In this document: one piece after another, positions 50,964 to 62,900 of the stretch
How the letters are laid out: every line of letters begins with the position of its first letter
Numbering within the stretch: the stretch's first letter is position 1
Source: Antedon mediterranea
Lineage: Eukaryota > Animalia > Echinodermata
NCBI RefSeq assembly: GCF_964355755.1
Contig: NC_092675.1
Location: 1,669,812 to 1,733,811 of the forward strand
Direction: 5' to 3'
Length of the DNA stretch: 64,000 bases
The notes under the pieces: model-generated
What the model saw: only the letters and a program-made list of their open reading frames with translations
Told to the model about the DNA's origin: nothing
Database searches by the model: none
Position numbers and translations under genes: made by a program

Positions 50964-53900
50964 ATGGACCATTTGGGATGGATCTGTATCCTCCTCATTC
51001 TCAATGTTACGCGACCAATTTCCTGTGACGGCGGAGGTGAGTGAACTTCAGTCTGTTTCGGAAGTGTGGGGCTGAACTTTAATGGAGGTTTTAAGTGTTT
51101 AGTTTGGCTTAAATTTATTAGATGGTATGATTGATTAATTAAATAGTCAACATGACTAACAGGTCTGCCTACCTGTAATTCTAATTAAATTTAATTACGT
51201 TATTTATATATAAAAAATTGTATTTAAAACGGTGGTCGAAAAAAGTTAGTCGAAACAAACAAGTTAAGTAGGCCTGCGGATGTCTAACCACGACGGTGTG
51301 GTTACAGAACAAACGTTGGTATACATGGTGTACACTCGCTTTAAAAACACTTGACATAGTCTAGGAATTGTTTTTTTTCGTATCAATAATTTTATTATTG
51401 TGTAATACTGACTGATATTAATAATATGATTTTATTTCCACAGAAGGCAAAAATTAAATCAAATGTTAATGGGGTTCACCACACCTCTCTCCCCCTAATC
51501 CCTACCTCGGTACCACCCACTAAATCTCTTACCCTATCTTTACAATACAATCAAGGGTACAAGGGTGTTGCCAAAAAGTATATAATGGCATACTTACTTG
51601 AGGTTATAGCCCCACCCTGGACACTTGTAAAACTCCATGGTAAAAGATTTGGGAAAGACAAAGCCTAGAATTTTAAATATACAACAATGTAAAAGAAGCC
51701 ACTTAGACAAGCTTTATAGAGAACTAATCTTTATGTATATTATATAGGGAATAACAAATTGCCATAAAAAATTAGTGCATCAAAAATTAAATTAAATCCA
51801 ATGTATGATGACAGAAGGTATTACGAAAATACTAAATATTGTGCAATGACGCCAAAGAATGAATATTTATACAAATAATAATAATTGTTGTTAATATAAA
51901 TATATTTATATTAATAAACTGATGAAGGGCTAGTGTTGCCAGAAAGCTCTGATAACTTTTCTGGCTGTTTTACTTTATCGTTTTGATTTAGGTTTTCGCA
52001 TTTTTTTTGTATCTCCATTGAGATCCAGTCACTGATACCCACAGTATTGTCATTTTTTTCAGTATTTTGCCTTTGGATTTATATTTATATTAATATAAAT
52101 AATTTATTTTGTATACCCACAGTTTGACCATATGATGACCATGAACTGATAAATTATCTTATCATTATATAATGAAAAACAAAGATATTAAACATAAGTT
52201 ACAGTTTATGTTGGCAGTTAATGTTTATTACTAATGCTGGTATTATAATGATGCTAGTAGTTTGTAGTGTTAGTAGACTGATTCTAAATTAGCCTGCCAT
52301 TAAACGTACTATCTTCTAATAATAGAAAGACTGAGTTACTATTCTGTTTTAGGGTGGGTTACTAAATAGTAGGGATTACTATAGAGTAATGGGTTAGGTA
52401 GGCCTACTATTATAAAACAAGTAAACACATTATTTTATTTAACTTTTTTTAAAAAAGCTAAACTATATATATAGTTTAGTCGTTTAAATTAATGCTGTTC
52501 GTAGAGTGAAGATGTGTTAATTGTTCAATTTGACCAGAAAGTGTTTTTTTACACTTCAACCTCCCAAAGAATTAATGATATGACCAAACTACAGTAGTTA
52601 ACTGTATTAAAAACTAAAAATCTGCATACTGTACTGTACATTTTCATACAATAGACTCCCAGACATGCTTCGGAGTTTGAGCATGTCCAGTCCGAATTTA
52701 CAAATTGCAATTTGTTCAGCCTTAGTACTATAGCTTCCGCGTGAGACTGTTTCCTAATGTGTCCGTCCGTTGAACATAACTGCCTACATAATGAAGTGCA
52801 ACTTGTGCTTAACATGGCATATCACTATCATATTTGGGCATATCACCACCATATTTGGGCACATCACACTAGTTTGGTAGTGTGGACAGAGCTTATTAGA
52901 TGTTTCAATGTAAAAGGCTTAGTTAAAATAACACAGCTGTGCTCAAGGGATTGATCGCTGCAATTGGATAATTACCTTTAAATTAAAATACATCATTTAT
53001 GGTTATAACAAGAGGATGAAAAAGTTGCCTATCTGGGTCTGGCTTTCTTCCTAAAAATTTGAGACAAATGATGAATTAAACAAAATTGTGCAGTAAAACC
53101 ATAATATTATCTCATTGGCTGATCCATGGGAGAGCATCCATAGCACCCATCCATGCATTTATGAACTATTCCCCATGCATTTATGAACTATTCCCCATGC
53201 ATTTATGAACTATTCCCCATGCATTTATGAACTATTCCCCATGCATTTATGAACTATTCCCCATGCATTTATGAACTATTCCCCATGCATTTATGAACTA
53301 TTCCCCATGCATTTATGAACTATTTTTTAACAATAAATGAATGAACCCAGTACAGTTCTGTTGAACAAATTTAACCGATTTTTTGGTCTTTGAATATTTT
53401 TAATTTAAACAAATATGTTATTATTGCAATATTTAGTTAATGGTAGTTTTCAATGATATTGATCTTGACAAGCATGGTGTAATGCCTCCTACTGGTATTG
53501 GGGGTTTTCGTAATTGTGAAACAGGCACGTGTCAACCAAATTTGGAAATGATTAATTGAAATACACTACTGTACAGTACAGTTTAGTAATTACTCAACAG
53601 CATACTTTCAACTATTATTATAGATAATCCGTTCCCAATTTCAATTTCAAAATCATAAGATTCCTTGTAATACTGTATACTAAATTAAAATATTTTTTAG
53701 GAGTTAAAATCCATGTTTTTAAAAAATAGAATTCCCATGCTTGCAAATTTTTTTTAAAAATGTTATAAGATTAGGAGGCCAAAATAATTAAGAGACCAAA
53801 CAGTGGTTTACTGAAGATGATGTCGGTGTACTTTGATTTTTGGATTTTCTTTATTGCTTATTTTTCTGTTATTTTCCATTTATAATGTGAATACAAATAC

Positions 53901-56900
53901 CCAAGGGGTAAATAAACTGGGTTGAGGACAGCACCACTATTGTACTTAAACAAATCTTTATGAAGATTTACTTTTAGTTAAGTTATGGTTGAGTGCCAAG
54001 ATTTTCAAACGAAACAAAGAGGTTATAAAAAGATTCTTAGAGTGGGAGTAAGGTGAAAATGTAGCAAAGCATTTTTACTAAACTTTCAATCCATAAATAA
54101 TGTTTCAAAACAGTAAACAGATAAATCATGAAATGTAATTGAAATGCAATAAAGAGTCTAAATCTGGTTTGTCAATTAAAACATAGTTGATAAATTTCTA
54201 AAGGAAGATCACTAATTGTGGGGGAAATAGATCATGCATAAAATTAATCCAGAAAATGTTGTTATTCTTGTAATAGTATTTTGTAGATAATATTATCTGT
54301 GTTGTTGATACAGATCCTGGCTCCTGTAATTTGTTTGTTGGTTTTCAATGCATATCTAATATGTATTGAGCCATAAATCGTGCGTGTGTTTCACCTCTAG
54401 AAATCCCCATGTGGTGAGATTGTTGGATAAACAAATTTGTGTATCAGGCACAGATTGTAGTAAACAGCAGGCTCATAGTCAAGTAGCAAAGTCGGCAAAT
54501 TCCTTTGCTTTTGTACTGAGCTGAATGAATGACAAAAGCAGATGAACAAGTATTTCTGTTTCACTAGGCTATTTCACATATTTCTTGTCTACAGCAAACA
54601 TTGTTTAGGTCCAATCAAATTATGATTTATATAATAATAATATTGACTGTCAAAAAATGCTTTTAAATTGTGAGTACAGATAACTAAAACATACTATAGT
54701 CAGGAAATACTGTAGTAAATTATTCACCAAGATGACGATCTACACATATGACAATATTTGTCCAGTATAACAGGCAAATTCCTATATACAGCGTATATAC
54801 AGTATGTATCACATGTGATGCCTGTATCTTGGAGGGTTTAGTACAGGCATCACATGTGACACTATATCATGGAGGTTTTCTTTCCTATGATACTGGGTAA
54901 ATGAAACAACTGATTTGTGATGATTTAAGCTTTCAGTTGCATTCAGTAGAGTTTATACTAGAATGATATTTTACATTGTAGCTAGAAATTCTTTGCGTTT
55001 GATTATAAAAAGGGGTTGTAATTGTCTTCTTTAGCCTCACCCGGTCCAGTAAAGTCTTTGACAACGCAAGCCACTCAAATTGATTCAGGTGTTAAAACTC
55101 CAGATAAGAAAAATGGAACACCAGGACCAGGTGATAGCCAGCCTGCCGGCGTCTATATTTCAGAAATGCCAAATCTTTCATGTAAGTGATTTTTAAATTT
55201 TCACAAGTGACCTGCAAATGTGGTGTGCTCCGAGAGTTGATCAGGATGTAGGAAGAGGTGGTGGAGAAAAAGGGGGTGGAAAAAGGGGATGGAGGAAAAG
55301 GGGTTGGCAAAAAATGGGGTTGAGAAAAAGTGGGGGCTCAGATAAGGGGGTGGAGAAAAAAGGGTTGAGATAAAGGGGTTGAGAAAAAGTGGGGGTTGAG
55401 AAAAAGTGGGGGTTGAGAAAAAGTGGGGGTTGAGACGTTAAGGGCGGTGGAGAAAAAGGGGTTGAGAAAAAGTGGGGGTTGAGAAAAAGTGGGTGTTGAG
55501 ATAAAAGGGGTGAGAAAAAGGGGGTTAAGAAAATACATATTGTATACTGTCAGTCAAATGTACAGGCTTTGATAGGTTCATATGTGAATACTGAATCACA
55601 GAATTTGCCTGTTTGCTATGTTTCATATTCATTTAAAGAAGTTGCCGCCATTTAATTTTAATATAAAAAATGATTCTGAATAAATTTCTTCAAGCAGCAC
55701 CAGTGTTTGTCAAGCATCCTGAGAATAATACCGAAATAGTTCTAGCGGGGCAGAACATTACTTATCACTGTCAAGTGGCGGAAAGCCCAGAGGTCATAGA
55801 AATATGGTGGGAACACAACGGGGAGCGCATTCTAACATCCAGGAAAAGACGTAGAGAAAAATTGAAGCTTTCTTTATCGAATGTCACTTTGGAAAATTCG
55901 GGAAAGTACGAGTGTCTAGCTCGGAATAATTATGGCACTGTGAAATCGGATATGGTGCTACTTACAGTAAATAGTGAGTACTTTTCAATATTTATGCACG
56001 GTGGTATGTTTTAAAAATTAATGTTGAATTACTAATTACAGAAATGAATGCTTTCTATAAAGTGTTTTGGAGTATGATGAATTTGGAATATGAGAAATTC
56101 TGATATTTTGACTATTCCATGATTTGAACATAGACTTTAAATTCCTAGCTAATCACCCTTATTGGACCACTCTAAGAGCTTTTCACACTTAGGGCCTGTT
56201 CAGACCTACGGAGTTATGCTTTCGTATTGTACGCGGCGTACAAGTCCATAGGTCTGAACCAGGAAAAGATTAGTGGAAGCCACCTCGTACGACACTGATA
56301 TTTCGTACGCTACGAAAGCTCAAGGTATGAGTTTAGTGGACGTCGCTTACAATACGAAAGTCACGCATCGATGAATATGACCTAGGTTAGATATCTAGCC
56401 AATCAAATTACAATATTCGCCACATCACATCCTGACATGTGCTCCTCATCGTATAGCCAAGCTGATCCATTTGTTGTGATCGGTGAACGTGCAAAAAAAT
56501 CATACCTTTTGTTGTTACACTATACAGTATTATTATTATTAATATTATTATATTAATTAATTTAAAATGTCATCGAAGCGTGCGCATTGGCGAGAAACCG
56601 AAGTAAAATACCTTATTTCATTGTGGGGAAGCCCTGAGTTCAGAGATCGGTCGGAAGTGAAAAACTGGCGTAAAAGCACCTGCAACAAGATGTCTGTGTT
56701 CAACGACATGGCGGACACGTTAGCAGATGGGCCATCCTCATAAAGAAGGATTTATATCCAAACGAAATTGAAGGGGTCGTCGTATAAAGCGGCGAGTAAA
56801 TAAATCTGGAGCCGGTGCAAGTATGGGATTTGAACATTTTTCTGCCATAAATGATATTTTAGGTCATAGACCAAATATAAACCCAAACCCCAAAACGATC

Positions 56901-59900
56901 GGCTGGTTGGTATGCCTGACAACCAATCGATAATGCCGAGCCCAAGTGTTCGGTCAAGGCCTGTAACTTCTAAACCAACCACTACTACTTTTAATAACAA
57001 CGAAGGTAGGTCTATGCGTGCGTTAGAGTTTGGTTAATCGCCAGCGAGTGACATCATATCCGTTTGTAACGCAACTTCGTTGCAATGAATCAGAACACTT
57101 TGCTCTTACGACGCTCATTAAAATATGACCTTGGCTGTGATACGAAAGCATAACTCCGTAGGTCTGAACATACCCTTAGATATTTACCTGGGTAAGTTGG
57201 TTCCTATCCACCAATGTTTAAAAGCGATTACTGTGTCTATGAACCAATTTGTTTTCTGGCTGAATAACTAAGTCTAAATTCACATTAATTTATTTATTAT
57301 TTTTTTTTTTTTATTCAAAAACATTCCAACAGGAACAATGGTCCCACTTACAGGTGATGTTATAAAAAAATAAAATATATGTATACTCAACAAATTGAAA
57401 ACACCCACAAGTTAACGGGAAACATAGCAATGCACACGGTGTTTAAACATATTTATATTATTAACAATTTGTTGATTTAACGTCGTGAGGTGGTTTCCCG
57501 ATTAATCGTATGATCAAACGGTACTGGGTATGATCAACTAGCGTTCGTGTTCCCACCTAATCATCCATTCATAGAAGTACTGATGAAGATATCAATCTGT
57601 GGCGACAATAGAATGGACCCGAGACCTGGCTGTCTTCGACTTTTAAATAATAGAAAGTTTGTTAGGCTAGAAATGTACGTTGTATGATGTGTAGGCCTAT
57701 GTTTATTGAAAAATGGTTGTAGTTTTCTAAATTACATTGTACAAGTTGCGATGAGAAAACTGTTATTTGATCGTAAGTTAACGTGTACATAAAGCAAAAA
57801 TATAAATAAAAATAAAATAAATTATTTAAAGATGTATTGTCCCCCTGAAAAAAATAATTCTTACAACATTTTTTGTTGAATATTCCATTTTAGTGTAACA
57901 TAATAGTTATCCACTTGAACAAAAATTGTGTCGAAAAAAATTGTATTTACCTGAAAAAATGTAATTTAAAGCAAAAAATGATCAAATTGGCTGCCAGCCA
58001 ATGAATTTTTGGTTGAAATTAACCATTTATTTTGTCATTTTATAAGTGAAAACATGATTTTTTTTCATTTTTTTTTCTATGGAAGTGATTAACTTTATTA
58101 AAACTACAAAATAACTTATTCAAAGTCTGATTTAATTAATCTTCATTTTTCATGTTTTTGGGGGACAATACATCTTTAAAGTTAAGTAAACATAACATAG
58201 GCTATTACAGTAGTAATGATTTGTAATCCTAGATATTTTAATGTCCTCTACTAAATTAAATTTAACTCGAGTTGAATAACCTTACTGCAGTGCTTACTGT
58301 TGCGGCAATAATTTTCTAGAGGTAATTGACGATTGAATTGTTAGCTGAGGTGTGTTACGTTTCCCAGCCCTTTACTTACAAATATTTAACAATAAACCAG
58401 CAGGTACCGCACTAAACAATTCCATTTTTATTATCTCCTGTGGTTTCTATCAGCCTGGTTTCTATAATGTGTTATTCACAAATTCCAATACCTAAAAGAC
58501 ATATTTGGACTGCCATACCTTTGGAATGTTTATTTTTGACATTTTGACTGTCGGTGGACTCTAAACATTACAGAATCGTCTTTTATCATTTACAATGTTT
58601 TGTGCTAAGAATATCTTGGGACAACAAAACAAAGCAATAAAATGCTAAACTCATTCATGAGAAAATAAAAGCTTTTCTAAACAAGGTGATATAAAAGTCT
58701 TATAAGGAAAGATTGATGGCCCGAAAAGTCTAGGTTATCCTATGTAGGTTTACCAATAAGATAAAACGTTTAGTTGGCACCTTGCAAGAGTATACAATTA
58801 CAAACATTTCAATGTTCTCCAAATTTAGAATTTAATTCTTGACAAGGGGATCCAGCCGGCCCGAGACCCCCTAAATTTCGCAATTGTAATGCAAAAGATA
58901 GACATTATATTAAGTTCAGCACTTCTTTTCACTACTTTTAGGCCCTAGGCTTTTCACTACTTTTAGGCCCTAGGCTTTCCCTATTTCGTAATCTGAAGAT
59001 CAAGGATATCTTGATGGCAAAACTGGTAGAGCACTTGAGTGTCATCACAGACTGATCATTATCTGCTGTACTGTACTACTGTACAACTGCATACTAAAAC
59101 TGTAATATTAACTAATTATGCTGTGCAGTTAATGTACTGTATAAGCCATTCAGGATTTTATGACCATTTTACTTAACTGTTTAACATAAAAGAAGTCAAT
59201 TTTAGCATGTTTTTCTTCTTTTTTAAACATCTTCTATAGATTTTCATGCCATACATTTGTACATTTTGGAAAGATATTGATAACTCAAAAACATCATTTA
59301 TCTGGTCATATGTTTGCCCTACTGGGACGTACAGTAATTTTAATTTATTCTAAGTATACTGTATTGTGTATTATGAGAATTTACTGTAATTTTTGGGTGG
59401 GACTAGAATCCAGCCCGCGAAATTTACCTCGGCATTCGGCAATGAGACAGAGAGAGGCGAGGCCAGCGACCGCTCCGGCGTTTACAACAACAACGATCGA
59501 ACCACGCTCAGCTCTATCGTCGTGTGATGTGAGTTTAGCGAGGCATGACAAATCACATGACTTATTGTTACTTGGCTGAGAGAATGGAAGAGTCCAACTT
59601 GTATTGGGGATTGAAAACCGCGTGGTTTGTTTGCGTGGTTATTATTTAGAGAGCAAGCCGCGCCGCAAATGCGCTGTACATTATCAACACAGCTATTTTT
59701 AGGTACAGTACAGTTAATGTGTGTGTGATTGAATACTAAAAATAGCTTTGGGGGCTGAACAAAAAAAATGCCGACGTGTTGCCGAGGTGGGCTTCGTTTA
59801 CGTCGGCATTTTTTTGCCGAGGTCATTTCGTCCCAATTTCGAGGGCTGAGAATCATTTACTTCTTACACAATACTTAGTACAATATACAAGTAATCCAGA

Positions 59901-62900
59901 GTAGGGTAAAAGTCTGACCAATTACCTTGGCTCCCTGAAGCAAAGCTAATGTACTTAGAATTAAATTATTGCTAAGTTACATAGTTACTTGTATTTAATG
60001 AGGTTTTCTGATTGATTTTACAGACATTTATTTAAAAAATATCTAAATCTATAAATGTTTACACATTGATGTGATTCATAATGTTGTATCATCATATGTG
60101 ATAACATGAATTACTTACTAAGGAAATGTTGTTTTAAATGAATAGTGCCAGCAACAATAATCAAAGGTCCTGGCTTCAACAACGTAGAATATGGCAAGAA
60201 GGTCAACCTAACATGCGATGTGATTGGATATCCAAAACCAAAAATTGCTTGGAAAGAACGAGGAAGTTTTGTAAGTTCAAACTATCATATTACTTATTGA
60301 ATTGATAAATGCTACACACATGAGGGGTGGGGAGGGCAATGGGAAACGGAGGAAGCAAGGGTGGTGTTTTCGTCAACTCCCCCAGATGTCGATTGTTCTT
60401 CCACAAGACATTTTTATAAATGTGAATGTGTTAATTGACTTGTATGATATCAATTAAAGGAATAAAATTTCGACAGAAAGTTGGAACCATGACCTAATTT
60501 GGTGCCATGACCTAATTTGGTGCCATGACCTAATTTGGTGCCATGACCTAATTTGGTGCCATGACCTAATTTGGTGCCATGACCTAATTTGGTACCATGA
60601 CCTAATTTGGTGCCATGACCTAATTTGGTGCCATGACCTAATTTGGTACCATGACCTAATTTGGTGCCATGACCTAATTTGGTGCCATGACCTAATTTGG
60701 TGCCATGACCTAATTTGGTGCCATGACCTAATTTGGTACCATGACCTAATTTGGTACCATGACCTAATTTGGTGCCATGATCGTGCCTGTGACCCTTTTG
60801 TACAGGGCGAGCACCTTACTGACCAAATAAATATGAATTTATTTATTCCTTGAAAGCTTTTTATTAGATTGATTTTGCAGATATAACAATCATAACTGTA
60901 AAAGCATAACAGACCTGATGAATAGTATGTCATTTTATATATATATGATTTTATATTTAATTTTTATATTAAAGAAAATGGATTATAGCACCGGAAAATC
61001 ATATGATAAACCTTATCTGATAGTAACTGCTGTGGGGCCGATAAACTATACATGTGTTGCAGAGAACAAGATCCAGATCGGGTCTATCAAAAAGAGGAGC
61101 TACGTGGAGAAAGTCGGTGTTATCAAGATCTCCAATCGTCCCACGTAAGTATTTGGTAGTGGACGGCGAAAGTAAGGCTTGAACTGACATGTAGCTACAT
61201 TGCAATGAATAACACTTGTCAACAGTTAAAATGTTAGTACGGCCATACCACTTTAAAACACCAGTTACCAAGGTTGCCTGGTTAAGCCTGGTTAGAACTG
61301 AGATAAGAGACAGTCTGGGAATATTTGGTATTATATAGACCTTACATTAAGTGATTGGGCATAATGGTAAGGTTCCGAGTTTCAGACCTGTCTGCCATAT
61401 TTCTTTCATTGTCCTAATCTAGTTCCATGGATGGCTTAATCCAAATTTTGTTTAACTAAGAAGGAATAAAAATACATTGACATTTTTAATTTTAAATTGT
61501 TTTATGGATTAGTTTCTTGCATGACATCAATGTATTGTGTTGTCATTAAGATCAATATTAAATAAACATATCTTTCAGCACTATTTCATATGCTAAGGTC
61601 AATTGTGGTTATAGTATTTAGCATTATTGTCACATTTGATTTGAGGAATTGTAAAGATATCTTAGAGGTCAAGGTGATATTAAATTATGGATTTATGGAT
61701 ATCACAGTGTCAGGATTAAAGATATCACAGTGTGGGGATTAAAGATATCACAGTGTAGGGATTAAAGATATCACAGTGTAGGGATTAAAGATATCACAGT
61801 GTAGGGATTAAAGATATCACAGTGTAGGGATTAAAGATATCACAGTGTGGGGATTAAAGATATCACAGTGTAGGGATTAAAGATATCACAGTGTAGGGAT
61901 TAAAGATATCACAGTGTGGGGATTAAAGATATCACAGTGTAGGGATTAAAGATATCACAGTGTAGGGATTAAAGATATCACAGTGTAGAGATTGAAGATA
62001 TCACAGTGTCAGGATTAAAGATATCACAGTGTGGGGATTAAAGATATCACAGTGTAGGGATTAAAGATATCACAGTGTAGGGATTGAATATATCACAGTG
62101 TAGGGATTAAAGATATCACAGTGTAGGGATTAAAGATATCACAGTGTAGGGATTAAAGATATCACAGTGTGGGGATTAAAGATATCACAGTGTGGGGATT
62201 AAAGATATCACAGTGTGGGGATTAAAGATATCACAGTGTGGGGATTAAAGATAATTGTGTACTTATTGCAACAAAGCAAACAGGTTAATTATCCACACAA
62301 CCATTTTAATTGATTTATAAATAAAAATTGTTATTAAACAAACAAATTATTAATGGTTACCAACATTTATAAAGCTATAGTATCTAGCCAGCTAAACTTG
62401 TTAGCATTCTAACCATTTGTTCTAAAGGATAATATCTGTAGTCACACTCACCGACATAATTTATTACATACATACATACTAGACTATAAACATTAATACT
62501 TTCAAGGCCGTAGCGAGGGGTTAAAAACAGATTGGGCAAGATCCTTTAAATATAATTATTAATATAAAATATGACAATCTGTGAATCTGGGAAATTGGGA
62601 TGGGTGAAAATTGAAAAGGCTAGCGTTTGTCTGCCTCATGCTGGCTATGCCCCTGCCTTTTAGGAGGTAGATCATTCGTATATTTTCTATAAATTTTAGA
62701 AAAACACAATTAACTTTTCATGAACCTAATTAAATTATCTGATAATCTTATTCCTTGACATTATTATTCCTTTACTGTATTATGAATAAAACAAGGTTTA
62801 GCAATAGAATCTGATTTAATGCTGAGGATTTTTAAATTTCTAAAAACTGATCATAGCTTCAGATCCTACTTCAAGTCATTTATACAGTAGCATTAATAAT

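Noticed and set aside
60454-60933. 159-aa ORF with QIRSWH repeats
   Set aside because: It is a translation of the 18-bp minisatellite, antisense within an intron.
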